Assembly: GCA_035285865.1 (NCBI GenBank)
Contig: JAYKHS010000011.1
Location: 1-64,000, forward strand
Origin: Candidatus Sericytochromatia bacterium
GTDB lineage: Bacteria > Cyanobacteriota > Sericytochromatia > S15B-MN24 > VGJW01
DNA: 64,000 nucleotides
Direction of reading: 5' to 3'
The notes below the pieces were generated by a model, which did no database searches, was not told where the DNA came from, and worked only from the letters and a program-made list of their open reading frames with translations. Of the stretch, positions 10,069-20,302 are shown piece after piece. Position numbers and translations under genes: made by a program. How positions within the stretch are numbered: the first letter of the stretch is position 1; each line of letters opens with the position of its first letter.

Positions 10069-10703
10069 CCCTGATTGCCCCGTCCCTCCTTTCCGCTGAC
10101 TTCGCGCGTCTTGCGGAGGAGCTCCGTTCCATTGAGGAGGCCGGTGCGGACTGGCTCCATCTCGATGTGATGGATGGCCGATTCGTGCCCAACCTGACGT
10201 TTGGTCCGCCGGTCATCGCGGCCCTGAGGCCCCTTACGCGCCTGCCGTTCGATGTCCATCTCATGATCGAGCAGCCGGAATCGAGCCTCGAGGCCTATGC
10301 CCGTGCCGGAGCCGACCGAATCACCATCCATGCCGAGGCTACGGTCCACGTCCAGCGCACGTTGGCGGCCATCCGTGGGTTGGGCGTCGCCGCGGGCCTG
10401 GCGCTCTGTCCGGCGACGCCACTCGAATGGCTCGAGGATGTTCTGGATGATCTGGATCAGGTGCTTGTGATGTCGGTCAATCCCGGCTTCGGGGGGCAGG
10501 CCTTCCTGCCCGCGACTTGGGGCCGATTGCAGCGGCTGTCGCTGCTCAAGGGTGACCGCCCCATCCTGACGGTCGTGGATGGCGGGGTCGGTCCTGCCAA
10601 TGCGCGGATGCTGGTTGAAGCCGGTGTTGACGTGCTGGTGGCCGGCAATGCCGTCTTCGCCCAGGCCGACCGCCAGGCGGCAATCGCCGCCCTCAGGAGC
10701 TGA
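10065..10703 (+). CDS. rpe: Ribulose-phosphate 3-epimerase
   Basis: IAPSLLSADF, HLDVMDGRFVPNLTFG, MSVNPGFGGQ, VDGG. Confidence 0.98.
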   Translation: MTLIAPSLLSADFARLAEELRSIEEAGADWLHLDVMDGRFVPNLTFGPPVIAALRPLTRLPFDVHLMIEQPESSLEAYARAGADRITIHAEATVHVQRTLAAIRGLGVAAGLALCPATPLEWLEDVLDDLDQVLVMSVNPGFGGQAFLPATWGRLQRLSLLKGDRPILTVVDGGVGPANARMLVEAGVDVLVAGNAVFAQADRQAAIAALRS

Positions 10704-10709
10704 GCCGGA

Positions 10710-12014
10710 TCATTCCGGGGCGCCCACGGCAGGATCGTGCCCTTGTGGCAGCGGTCCGAGCAGCTGCATCGTGGTCCGGGCCGAGGCGGGACGCCTCGAG
10801 GCTGGCGCGGAAACGGCCGGGGAATCGGGCAAGTCCGCGAGCTCGGGCAAAGGCCTGGTCAGCGGGAGGACCGTCGTCTCGCCCGGCAGGAAGCCCGTCA
10901 GGGGCAGGACGGTCGTCGTGGGGTCTGCGTCAGCGGAAGGCACCGGCCAACCAGAGGGGGCTGCCTCGGACGCCACCCACGCACGCAGGGCTGCGGCCGC
11001 CACCGCCGCAAAGGGAATCGCCAGCAGGAGCCCCAGCAGCCCGGCCAAGCGGGTCCCGGCGAGAATCGCCATGATGATCACGACTGGATGCAGACCGGTC
11101 GTGTGTGCCATGACGCGCGGCGAGATGAGGTTGTCCCTGATCTGCTGGATGATCACGGCCACGACGAGCGCCTTCCACCAGATGCCCCCCCCCTCGAGCA
11201 GGGCAAGCAGGACGGCCGTGCCGATGCCGACGTAGCTGCCGAACATCGGGACAATCTCGCAGAGCCCCCAGAATGCCGCCGCGACGACACCATAGCGCAT
11301 CTGGACCGGCGGCAGGTTGAAGGCCACCATCGCCGCGACGAGGACGATGGAAGCATTGATGAGTTGTCCCCGGAAGTAGCCGGCAAGCCCGCGGTCCATC
11401 TCGCGCCCAAGAGCGTCGAGACGGTCCCACCAGCGCTGCGGAAGAAAGGGACGGGCCTCCGCCCACAACTTGTTACCGTCCTTCATCAGGTAGAAGGCAC
11501 AGACCAGGGTCATGGCGAGGTTGAAGAGATTCAGGACGCCGGAAGCCACCACACCTCCCAGATTGCCCGTCAGCCAGCTTGTCACGGACTCGATTCGGGG
11601 CAGCAACCACGCCGAAGGGTCGAGCCGGACGCGTATGTTCCTGTGGGCAAGCGCCTCCTGAAGGTCCGCCATCGTGACCTCGAGACGCCCGACTGCACCC
11701 GGAAGGGCGTTGATGAGCTCCTGGACCTGATGCACCACCAACGGCACGAAGAGGTAGCCGATCGCAACCAGCACCGTCACCACACCAAGTAGCACCACGA
11801 GGATGGCCGAAAAGCGCGACATGCGGCGCGACAAGGGATCCACGGCCATCTGCAGGACGTAGGCGAGGAGCAACGCAGCGACCAGGATGGCCACGGTATC
11901 CCCGAGATAGCTCAGGGCCTGCTGCGCCATCCAAGCAAGCCCGAGCCACAAGGCCACGGTACCTACGTGATGGAAACGCCGGGACCACGGTTCGTCGGAT
12001 GGTGGCACGTGCAT
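10710..12014 (-). CDS. AI-2E family transporter (PerM-like)
   Basis: GYFRGQL, IVPMFGSYVG, NLISPRVM..GLHPVVII..GLLLAIP; Pro-rich tail. Confidence 0.9.
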   Translation of the reverse strand: MHVPPSDEPWSRRFHHVGTVALWLGLAWMAQQALSYLGDTVAILVAALLLAYVLQMAVDPLSRRMSRFSAILVVLLGVVTVLVAIGYLFVPLVVHQVQELINALPGAVGRLEVTMADLQEALAHRNIRVRLDPSAWLLPRIESVTSWLTGNLGGVVASGVLNLFNLAMTLVCAFYLMKDGNKLWAEARPFLPQRWWDRLDALGREMDRGLAGYFRGQLINASIVLVAAMVAFNLPPVQMRYGVVAAAFWGLCEIVPMFGSYVGIGTAVLLALLEGGGIWWKALVVAVIIQQIRDNLISPRVMAHTTGLHPVVIIMAILAGTRLAGLLGLLLAIPFAAVAAAALRAWVASEAAPSGWPVPSADADPTTTVLPLTGFLPGETTVLPLTRPLPELADLPDSPAVSAPASRRPASARTTMQLLGPLPQGHDPAVGAPE

Positions 12015-12022
12015 GTCCTTCC

Positions 12023-12694
12023 TTACCCCGGGACGCTCCCGTTATCGGTGGTCGGCAGGCCGAGTACCCTGGTCCGCACTGCCTGGCCGCGCAAGGGACG
12101 GTCTGCGGCGGCGGCCAACCAGGATGCCACGATCCCGGACAAGCTGCGGCCTTCGGGTGGCATGTCCCCTGCGGGATGTCGCAGCCACGATCCAAGGGTT
12201 TCATGCGGGGCGCAGCCCGCGGGCAATCGCGTCACGTCCAGATCGGGGCCCTCGCCCAGCCCTTGCAACAGCCTCCACTGTGCTTCGACCAGCAGGGCCT
12301 CCGGGTCGCCACCCGAAGCGAGGCCTTCGAGCAGTTGGTCCAGACGATCGAAGAGATCGGGCTGGGGCAACCCTTCGGGCCAGACGGCCAGCACCGCCTC
12401 GGCCATCCCCATGCCCGCCATGAGTCGCTCGAGATCGCGGTAGATGCCCGTGCCCGAGGCCCTTGGGGCTGACCCCACCAGCACCGGCGGCCCGCCTCGG
12501 CGCCCCCCGGCGAGCGAGAGATACCGGCGCGCAAGCGGCTCCAGCCTCCCACCCCACCGATTGCCCGGCTTGGCTGCTCCCTTGGCAACGGCGGACAGGA
12601 CTCCTTCCTCGCGGGAGAGCGCAAGCACCAGCTTGTCCTGCTCGCCCCAGAGGCGCGTACGCAGGACGATTGCGGCGACGTCGCGCGAGCCCAT
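12023..12694 (-). CDS. recO: DNA repair protein RecO (short, no Zn finger visible)
   Basis: AIVLRTRLWGEQDKLVLALSREEG..AVAKGAAKP..GRLEPL N-terminal OB fold. Confidence 0.85.
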   Translation of the reverse strand: MGSRDVAAIVLRTRLWGEQDKLVLALSREEGVLSAVAKGAAKPGNRWGGRLEPLARRYLSLAGGRRGGPPVLVGSAPRASGTGIYRDLERLMAGMGMAEAVLAVWPEGLPQPDLFDRLDQLLEGLASGGDPEALLVEAQWRLLQGLGEGPDLDVTRLPAGCAPHETLGSWLRHPAGDMPPEGRSLSGIVASWLAAAADRPLRGQAVRTRVLGLPTTDNGSVPG

Positions 12695-12755
12695 GAATGG
12701 ATCGTACTGCATCGCTCCTGCTGCTGTCCGATCGTGTATCGTGAGACCGCCGAAG

Positions 12756-13853
12756 ATGCTCAGATCCACCCTTGCGGACCGTCTCTTGCCTTGGTTTCTC
12801 CGGAATGCCCGGTCCATGCCGTGGCGGGGTAGTGCTGATCCCTGGGGCATTCTCGTCTCCGAGGTCATGCTTCAGCAGACGCAGGTGGCGACGGTCATGC
12901 CTTATTGGCTGTCCTTCATGGCGCGCTTCCCCGATCCGGCTTCCCTCGCCCGGGCACCCGAGGCCGAGGTGCTCAAGGCGTGGGAGGGCCTCGGTTACTA
13001 CAGGCGGGCGCGCATGCTGCAACGCACGGCGCAGGCCGTCGTGGCGCGCCATGGCGGACAGTTGCCCCGGGATGCCGCGGCACTGGGCCAACTCCCGGGC
13101 ATCGGAGCCTACACGTCGGGGGCCGTCGCCTCCATCGCCTTCGGGGAGCGTGTGCCTGCGGTGGACGGCAACGTGCTTCGCGTCTGGTCCCGATGGACGG
13201 GGAACGATGCGCCGATCGACCAAGTGCGCACGAGAGCGCTGTGTGCCCAAGAGCTGCAGGCCGAGATTCCCGAATCCGCACCCGGTGCCTTCAACGAGTC
13301 CCTGATGGAGCTGGGGGCCACCGTCTGCACGCCGCGGCGTCCGGCCTGCGACGCGTGTCCGCTCGCGTCCGATTGCGTGGCGAACCGGGAGGGACGGCAG
13401 GGTGCCCTTCCGGTAAAGCAGGACCGTGTCCGCGCACGTCCTGTCGTCATGGTTCGGGTCGTTCTGGAACGGGAGGACGGAGTCTGGATCGCCTCGGGGC
13501 CTGAGGATGGTCTGCTCGGTGGCCTTGTTGCTCTGCCCGGCCTCGTGCTCGAGGGCTCCCATCCTGCGCGGGGACTGCTGGTGCCGCCCGCGCACGTCCT
13601 TGCTGCGGCAAGCCGGGTTCGGGATGGCCTTGGCGGATCGGGTGCAGCTCCGCCGGAGTTCTGGATGCGTTACCCCTTTCGTTTCACGCACCTGCACGCT
13701 GACTTCTGGGTGTTCCGCTCCCGCTGGCTTGACAAGGGTCATCTCCCATCGGGGGAGGGTGGGTGGTTCCCGGTCGGCGGTTTGCACGAATTGCCCTGGC
13801 CGACGGCACTCGTGCCCGTGCGGGACGGGCTGCTCGAGCGGGCAACGTGCTGA
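12756..13853 (+). CDS. mutY: A/G-specific adenine glycosylase
   Basis: SEVMLQQTQV, WEGLGYYRRAR, LPGIGAYT, VDGNVLRV, CTPRRPACDACPLASDC Fe-S motif. Confidence 0.96.
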   Translation: MLRSTLADRLLPWFLRNARSMPWRGSADPWGILVSEVMLQQTQVATVMPYWLSFMARFPDPASLARAPEAEVLKAWEGLGYYRRARMLQRTAQAVVARHGGQLPRDAAALGQLPGIGAYTSGAVASIAFGERVPAVDGNVLRVWSRWTGNDAPIDQVRTRALCAQELQAEIPESAPGAFNESLMELGATVCTPRRPACDACPLASDCVANREGRQGALPVKQDRVRARPVVMVRVVLEREDGVWIASGPEDGLLGGLVALPGLVLEGSHPARGLLVPPAHVLAAASRVRDGLGGSGAAPPEFWMRYPFRFTHLHADFWVFRSRWLDKGHLPSGEGGWFPVGGLHELPWPTALVPVRDGLLERATC

Positions 13854-14725
13854 AGGACGCTCGCATCCGCGGTTTGCTCCTTATGGCCGGTGCGGCGCTG
13901 TCGTTTGCCGTGATGGCTGCTGCCGGCAAGCAGGCGGGCAGCAGCATGCCCTTGCTTGCCGTCGCCTTCTGGAGGTCCTTCGGCTCCTTTCTGCTGCTCC
14001 TGCCTCTGGTCCTCGCAGGCACGCTCCCGTGGCGCATCCGGGACCGACGCGGGCTCGGTCTGCGGGCACTCAGCGGTACGGCGGCCATGGCCTGCTACTT
14101 CTGGACGCTTGGGCAACTGCCCTTGGCCGAGGCCCTGCTCTGGTCCCACACCAGCCCCCTGTTCACGACCCTGCTGGCCTGGTGGCGTCTCGGCGAGCGA
14201 CCGCGGATGCGGGGCCTTGCAGGCCTGCTGCTTGCAGGACTTGGCATCTGGGGCATCCTGCGACCCGACCTCGGGGAAGTGCGGGCCGATGCCTTGATCG
14301 GCCTCCTCGGCGGTGCACTCGCAGGACTGGCCTACACGCAGGTCCGGGCTCTGCGGGAGGAAGCAACATGGGCGGTGGTGTTCGGCTTCATGGGCCTCGC
14401 CTCCCTGTTCCTGGCACCAGCCGTCATCCTGCAGTCCGGCACGATGCCGGCTTCTGGAAATGTCGGCTGGCTGGCGCTGGCTGCCGTGGCGGCGACCGTG
14501 GCTCAGGGCCTGATGACCGCGGGCTACGCCCGAGCCCCAGCCGGGCCGGCATCCGTTGCGCAGACCTCTGCGGTCTTGCACGCCATGTGGTTGGGCGCTC
14601 TCGGGTTCGGCGAGCCACCCGTGCCGGGCAGCGGCCCGTCGGCCCTGATGTTGCTGGCGGGGATCGGCCTTGCCGCTTGGCCGGCGCGTGACGAATCGTC
14701 CCTTTCCCGGGTAAGGAAATCGTGA
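13847..14725 (+). CDS. EamA/DMT family transporter
   Basis: About 10 TM segments; LPLAEA..TSPLFTTLLA..LGER; FGEPP. Confidence 0.9.
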   Translation: MLKDARIRGLLLMAGAALSFAVMAAAGKQAGSSMPLLAVAFWRSFGSFLLLLPLVLAGTLPWRIRDRRGLGLRALSGTAAMACYFWTLGQLPLAEALLWSHTSPLFTTLLAWWRLGERPRMRGLAGLLLAGLGIWGILRPDLGEVRADALIGLLGGALAGLAYTQVRALREEATWAVVFGFMGLASLFLAPAVILQSGTMPASGNVGWLALAAVAATVAQGLMTAGYARAPAGPASVAQTSAVLHAMWLGALGFGEPPVPGSGPSALMLLAGIGLAAWPARDESSLSRVRKS

Positions 14726-14745
14726 CACGCATCACGGGGTATGCG

Positions 14746-15354
14746 ATGGCCACTGAATCGGGATTGGAGTCGGCGTTCGCTGCAGAACGTCGCAGGCGGG
14801 CGGGCGACTATCTGGCCCTTGGCCGTCGTCTGCAGGCGGATGCCCTCTGCTGTTCCGATGACGAACAGCGGCGTGGTCTGTTTCGGGGCGCCGTGGCCCA
14901 GTACCGCCGCAGCCTCGAATTTCATCCGCTGGCGGAAACGCTCGCCCTGTTGGCCTGGTGCCACTGCCTGCTGGGCAATCTGAAGGCTGCCATATCGTGC
15001 GGCGAGGAAGCCATCCGCATGGACCCGGCTTCTGGCCATGCCCACGCGGACCTTGGCGTCTACTATGCCGAGGACGGCCGTCTGGACGAAGCGGCCGACG
15101 TGCTCAGGCTGGCGCTCTCGTTGCCGGCTCAGCCAAAGCCCCACATCGTGCACTACAATCTTGGGAGGGTCCTGCTTCGGCTCGGGGGCGTTCCTTTGGC
15201 CATACAGGCTTTCGAGGATGCGCTCGACCAGGCACCCGGCTTCGAGATGGCTGCCGCCGGCCTCGAGCACGCTCGCCATTTGCGCTTGCTTCAGCGCGAA
15301 GGAAAGGGCACCCCGTCCCTCCCCCCAGCCCCTGACCTTCCCCCCGGATTCTGA
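14746..15354 (+). CDS. TPR repeat protein
   Basis: AHADLGVYYAEDGRLDEA, HYNLGRVLLRLG..AIQAFEDALDQAPG. Confidence 0.85.
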   Translation: MATESGLESAFAAERRRRAGDYLALGRRLQADALCCSDDEQRRGLFRGAVAQYRRSLEFHPLAETLALLAWCHCLLGNLKAAISCGEEAIRMDPASGHAHADLGVYYAEDGRLDEAADVLRLALSLPAQPKPHIVHYNLGRVLLRLGGVPLAIQAFEDALDQAPGFEMAAAGLEHARHLRLLQREGKGTPSLPPAPDLPPGF

Positions 15355-15359
15355 GCGCC

Positions 15360-16007
15360 ATGTCCGTCGAGAGCCTGTCCGTCCTTCCCTTTTTCCAAGG
15401 CTTCACCTCGGATGACCTCGAGTCGCTGACCGTGGTCATGCAGGCGAAGACCTATGCCCCGGGCGAAGCCGTGTTCTCGGAGGGCGTGCCCGACGACGGG
15501 GCCCTGTTCATCGCCCTGCGCGGCGGCATCCGGGTATCGATGGCAGGCAAGGACCACCAGCAGTTCACCATCGGCCAAGCGCGTGAAGGCACCGTTTTCG
15601 GGGACATGTCCTTCGTGGACGGCCAACCGCGCTCGGGAACGGTCACGGCCGTGACGCCGCTGGAGACGCTGTCGCTGGCACGGGCATCCTACGAAGTCCT
15701 CTGCAGGACGTCGCCCTCGGCAGCGCTCAAGCTGATGCGGCGCTTGGCACAGCTCATCAGCATGCGTCTGCGGAATGCCGACAAGTTCGTCGTCGAGGCC
15801 AAGACGATGGCGACCGCGGCCCCCCCGAGTCCCCCGGAACCGCCGAAGGCCAAGGTCATCTCCCGCGGCATCGGTGAGATTGACGAAACCAGCCAGCCCA
15901 GCATTTTCCAGCCGGTCTCCCGGTTGGAGAGGACGGAGAAGGCCCCCGCCGGTGGCCTGACGGAGCGTGACGTCACCGAGCGACCGGACGTGTTCCGCCG
16001 ATCCTGA
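15360..16007 (+). CDS. Cyclic nucleotide-binding domain protein (no HTH visible)
   Basis: VFSEG, FGDMSFVDGQPRSGTV; disordered C-terminal tail. Confidence 0.85.
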   Translation: MSVESLSVLPFFQGFTSDDLESLTVVMQAKTYAPGEAVFSEGVPDDGALFIALRGGIRVSMAGKDHQQFTIGQAREGTVFGDMSFVDGQPRSGTVTAVTPLETLSLARASYEVLCRTSPSAALKLMRRLAQLISMRLRNADKFVVEAKTMATAAPPSPPEPPKAKVISRGIGEIDETSQPSIFQPVSRLERTEKAPAGGLTERDVTERPDVFRRS

Positions 16008-17607
16008 CCGGGAGGAGGGCGCGCGTCAGGGCGACACCGGCCACCAGCAGGACGCCGGCCGTGGCCGGGTCGCCCCAGGGACTGCTTGCCACCCGATTCA
16101 GGGCATAGGCGACTGCATGCCAGCCGGTGCCCGTTCCGTGGCCCCAAGCCGCCAACCATAGAGCCCATACAAGCACGCCGACAAGCAACGGCCGCCGCAT
16201 GCCCTGCTGTGTCGTCCGGCCCAACAGGAGGATGACCGGTCCTGTACCCAGCAGCGCACTCCACGGCGCGACCAAGGCCACTAGTCCGTGGCCGATCACG
16301 GCCGGAAGCACGGCCATCGGCGAACTCACGCTTAGGCCATCGCCGCTCCTGGCATCGAGGATCCCCTTGCGTGCTAGCGCGGCCGTGCCGAGGAGCACGG
16401 AGAGAATGAGCACGGGATAAGGGGAGGCATCCGGCGGAAACCAATCGATGCCTGGGCGTCCGGTCTCTCGCGTCCAGTCGCTCCGCTCGGCAGCGACCCT
16501 GAACAGGAACAGTGCCAGCCAGGGCAGGGCCAGGCAACCCATCATGAAAATCGATCGACGACGCAGCGACCGGCTCCGGCGGGCGGCGGCAAGCCCGGAA
16601 ATGGATTGGACAAGTAGAGGCAGAGCCAGCAGGAGCGCCGCAGCAACGAGGCGTGCAGGCAGCCGACCGGACGACGGCGCGGTGGTCGCGACCGACGTGG
16701 CCGCAAGCCATGCAACTCCGGGAGCGAGGCGTGCCGCCTGATCCTCGAGAACAGGTGACAACAGGACCTCACGAGTGCGCTCCGTGGGGAGCGGTCCCAA
16801 GGCCGCGAGGCGATGTCTCCCGGCAGGTTGGGCACCGGACAGGATTCCCGGTTCGAGCAAGCCGAGCCCGAGCACTGCCGTGGCCAGCAGCGGGAGGCGC
16901 GGCTGCTCGGTCAGTCGCAGGCCGACGCGATCGACCGTGAGTTGCAGTCCGGCCGGTACGCTGGTCGGATGTCCGCCGACACCGCCGGTACCGTGATGTC
17001 CGATCGGTCGCTTGGGCCAGCCACATGAGGCGTCGATGACCCAGACCTCAGGATCGCGTTCGAGGCGCCCAAAGGCTTCGGGTGGCTGCCGCAAGCCGAG
17101 CGAACGCCTCTCGCGACCCGACGCGAACCACCAAGCCACAGGCTGGCTAGACGACGCAGGCGGCATCCAGGCGGCCACGGCCAGCATAGCTGACAAGGTC
17201 ACGAGTCCCATCGGCTCCGGTGCAGCCACGTCGAGTGCGATGACGCGGCTGGGGCTACGGTTGCCGGGGGCCAGCGCAAGCAGGCTCGTCATCTCGATCG
17301 GCTCGGGCCGGCTGTCATCAGGCACTGGCTGCCTCAGCACGACCCACCCGGCGTCCCTGAGACGCTGCTCTGCCCAGTCGAGATGGACGCCCTTCCCCTG
17401 CACGCCCGCAGCAGCGAGGACATCCTGCCCTATGCGAAGATGCCGTCGCGCACGCCGGGAAACGATTGCTGCATCGGCAGAGGGCAGTGCCCGGCTCTGG
17501 ACCGCCTCTTCGGGGGCGGCCACGTCCGTGAAGGCGAAGGGCCAGGCGCACAGGATGCTCGTCAGGACGACGGCAACCGTGAAAAGAGGCAGGCTTCGAC
17601 GGGACAT
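15973..17607 (-). CDS. Hypothetical membrane protein (N-terminal anchor, soluble domain, C-terminal TM bundle)
   Basis: Long ORF with hydrophobic N-terminus and several C-terminal TM segments; TACACT -10 upstream. Confidence 0.6.
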   Translation of the reverse strand: MSRRSLPLFTVAVVLTSILCAWPFAFTDVAAPEEAVQSRALPSADAAIVSRRARRHLRIGQDVLAAAGVQGKGVHLDWAEQRLRDAGWVVLRQPVPDDSRPEPIEMTSLLALAPGNRSPSRVIALDVAAPEPMGLVTLSAMLAVAAWMPPASSSQPVAWWFASGRERRSLGLRQPPEAFGRLERDPEVWVIDASCGWPKRPIGHHGTGGVGGHPTSVPAGLQLTVDRVGLRLTEQPRLPLLATAVLGLGLLEPGILSGAQPAGRHRLAALGPLPTERTREVLLSPVLEDQAARLAPGVAWLAATSVATTAPSSGRLPARLVAAALLLALPLLVQSISGLAAARRSRSLRRRSIFMMGCLALPWLALFLFRVAAERSDWTRETGRPGIDWFPPDASPYPVLILSVLLGTAALARKGILDARSGDGLSVSSPMAVLPAVIGHGLVALVAPWSALLGTGPVILLLGRTTQQGMRRPLLVGVLVWALWLAAWGHGTGTGWHAVAYALNRVASSPWGDPATAGVLLVAGVALTRALLPVRIGGTRPVAR

Positions 17608-17678
17608 GGATGTCAAGTGTAACCCGGCGCGCCCATGCTAGGATGACGGCCTGTCATCCGTCGGCCTCAGGTGTCCCG

Positions 17679-18788
17679 ATGTCCCGACCCTTCCTGGCGA
17701 TGCTGGTCGCCACCTTCACGGTTGTTGCGGCCCTGCATGCGTCTGCCTTGCGGGCCAGCGCCGCCCGAGAGCTGATGCTGGGCCTCCAGGCGCCCATGAC
17801 GGGTCCACTTGCCAAGCAGGGCAAGGATCTGGATGCTGCCGTGCGCATGGCCCTCGACGAGGATGCGGCCGCCGGGGGCACGCCGCGCATCGGCTTGCGC
17901 GTAGCGGATGACAAGGGCGACGCCCGTGAGGGCCTGCTTGCTGCCAGGCAGTTGGTCGCGGCAGGTGTCCTCGGGGTCGTGGGGCCCTGGAACAGCGGGG
18001 TGACGTTGCCCGTGACGGCTGAGGTCTATGGCCCTGCCGGGGTCGCGGTACTTACGATGTCCACCCATCCACGCATCACGGAGCGCGGGCTCCGCAACGT
18101 CTTCCGCGTGATCGGCAGGGATGACCGTCAGGGACGTATCGCTGCGACCGAAGCGTTGAAGCTGGGGTGCCGCACGGCCGTGGTTCTGGATAACCGGGCT
18201 GCCTACGGCAAAGGCCTGGCGGATGCCTTTGCCGCGGCCTTCGTGGCAGGCGGTGGCACGGTGCGCCTGCGCGAATCCCTGACCAGTGGGGACACGGACC
18301 ACACGCCACTGCTGACTCGGGCACGACGAGTCTCCCCGGACCTCCTGTACATCGGCGCCGAGTACCAGGATGCCGGACCTGTGGCGAGGCAGTGGCGTCG
18401 CCTCGGTGGCGGCAAGACCCGGCTCATGGGCGGGGATGCCATTCGCGATCCGTTGTTCGTCCGTCTGGCCGGTGGTGCGGCCGCTGAAGGCATGATCGTC
18501 ACCTTCCCCGATCCGGCCGACGCCCGTTTCGAACAGAGGTTGCGCCAACGCGGCGTAGAGCCCGGGGCTTTCAGCGGACACGCCTATGATGCTGCTCGAC
18601 TGCTGATTGCTGCCATCCGAAGTGGTGGTGGAGCCGTGGACCGTGCCGCCGTCGTTCGCCGTGTGGCTGCCGTGACGACATACCGGGGGGCAACGGGACG
18701 CATCGCATTCGACTCCCGGGGTGACCTCCTGCGGTCGGGCTTCGCGCTCTGGCAGGTCCGTCAGGGACAATTCCAGGTGACGCGATGA
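17679..18788 (+). CDS. LivK/LivJ-type branched-chain amino acid ABC substrate-binding protein
   Basis: Signal peptide; GLQAPMTG, DDKGD, VVGPWNSGV, FRVIGRDDRQG, YGKGLA, GATGRIAFD. Confidence 0.9.
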   Translation: MSRPFLAMLVATFTVVAALHASALRASAARELMLGLQAPMTGPLAKQGKDLDAAVRMALDEDAAAGGTPRIGLRVADDKGDAREGLLAARQLVAAGVLGVVGPWNSGVTLPVTAEVYGPAGVAVLTMSTHPRITERGLRNVFRVIGRDDRQGRIAATEALKLGCRTAVVLDNRAAYGKGLADAFAAAFVAGGGTVRLRESLTSGDTDHTPLLTRARRVSPDLLYIGAEYQDAGPVARQWRRLGGGKTRLMGGDAIRDPLFVRLAGGAAAEGMIVTFPDPADARFEQRLRQRGVEPGAFSGHAYDAARLLIAAIRSGGGAVDRAAVVRRVAAVTTYRGATGRIAFDSRGDLLRSGFALWQVRQGQFQVTR

Positions 18789-20302
18789 CGGTTGCCGCAC
18801 CGCCGGTGCTTTCGGTCCGCGGACTCAGGAAGGCGTTCGGGGCGGTCAGGGCGCTCTCCGGCGTCGATCTCGAGGTCCGTGCCGGTGAGGTGCTGGTGTT
18901 GCTCGGCGAGAACGGAGCAGGCAAGTCCACGCTGCTCAAGACCCTCTCGGGCATGCACGTGCCCGATGCAGGAGAGGTCCGGATTCGGGACAAGGTCCTC
19001 CCCTTCGGGAATCCGGCGGCATCCGAGGCGGCAGGCATCGTCACGATCTACCAAGAGTTCAATCTTGTTCCGGATCTGACGATTGCGGAGAACCTTTTCC
19101 TGGGCCAGGAACCTCATCGTCTCGGCCTCGTCGATCACGCCCGGATGCGTCGCGAGGCCACCGGGATGCTTCAGCGTGTCGGTCTGGCCGTGGACCCCGG
19201 ACGCAAGGTTCGGGAGCTGGGGGTGGCCCACGCACAGCTCGTCGAGATTGCCAAGGCACTTTCCCGGCTGGACCGCAGCGGAGGGGGCGTCCTGACGCTC
19301 GACGAACCGACGGCTGCCCTTGCGGATCACGAAATTGCCGTCCTGCACGGTCTCGTGAGGGATCTCAGGCAGCGTGGGCAGGCCATCATCTACATTTCGC
19401 ACAGGATGGCCGAACTGCGGGCGATCGGAGACCGGGTCACGGTCCTTCGCGACGGAGCTTCCGTCTGCAGCGGCCCGCTCTCGGACCTCGACGACGATGC
19501 ACTCATCAGGGCGATGGTCGGACGCGATGTCGCGACACTCTACCCGGATCGCACCCCCAGCCTCGGTGAGCCCGTGCTGGAGGTGGTTGATCTGGTTGCG
19601 CCGGGCTTCGGGCCGGTCACGATGACGGTCAGAAGGGGCGAGATTGTCGGGCTTGCAGGGCTGATGGGGTCGGGGCGCTCACGATTGCTGCGTCTGCTGT
19701 ACGGTGATGAATCCGGTCGGGGGGGCAATGTGCGCGTGGCGGGTCGCGAGCTGCAGGCTCGTCAGGGTCCTGCCGGGGCGGTGGCGGCCGGCATCGGTCT
19801 GGTTCCGGAGGACAGGAAGAACGAGGGACTGGCGCTTGGCATGCCCGTACGGGACAATCTGGCTCTGGCCTCGCTCGAGCGCCACGTCCGTGCTGGCCTG
19901 CTGCAATCGGAAGGCCTTTCGCAGAGTGCCAAGAACCTCGTGGAGCGGCTGCGCATTCGCTGCAGTTCCATCGACCAGCCCGTGGGCCGACTGTCCGGCG
20001 GCAACCAGCAGAAGGTCGTGCTGGGACGTTGGCTGGCGCGCGGCGGAGCGGTGCTTTTGCTGGACGAGCCTACGCGCGGCGTCGACGTCGGGGCACGGGC
20101 TGAGATCTACCGCCTGATGGCCGAATTGGCTCAGGAGGGACTTGCCATCGTGATGGTTTCGAGCGATCTGCCCGAAGTGCTGGGCATGGCTGACCGCGTC
20201 CTCGTGATGCGTGAGGGTCGGCCAGCCGGGTGGATGGCGGGTGATGCCATGACCCAGGAGGCGGTCATGCGCCTCGCGACGGGTCAGGAGGTTGGGGCAT
20301 GA
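18785..20302 (+). CDS. Monosaccharide (CUT2/RbsA-type) ABC transporter ATPase
   Basis: GENGAGKST, LDEPTAAL, LSGGNQQK, LDEPTRGVDVGA. Confidence 0.95.
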   Translation: MTVAAPPVLSVRGLRKAFGAVRALSGVDLEVRAGEVLVLLGENGAGKSTLLKTLSGMHVPDAGEVRIRDKVLPFGNPAASEAAGIVTIYQEFNLVPDLTIAENLFLGQEPHRLGLVDHARMRREATGMLQRVGLAVDPGRKVRELGVAHAQLVEIAKALSRLDRSGGGVLTLDEPTAALADHEIAVLHGLVRDLRQRGQAIIYISHRMAELRAIGDRVTVLRDGASVCSGPLSDLDDDALIRAMVGRDVATLYPDRTPSLGEPVLEVVDLVAPGFGPVTMTVRRGEIVGLAGLMGSGRSRLLRLLYGDESGRGGNVRVAGRELQARQGPAGAVAAGIGLVPEDRKNEGLALGMPVRDNLALASLERHVRAGLLQSEGLSQSAKNLVERLRIRCSSIDQPVGRLSGGNQQKVVLGRWLARGGAVLLLDEPTRGVDVGARAEIYRLMAELAQEGLAIVMVSSDLPEVLGMADRVLVMREGRPAGWMAGDAMTQEAVMRLATGQEVGA

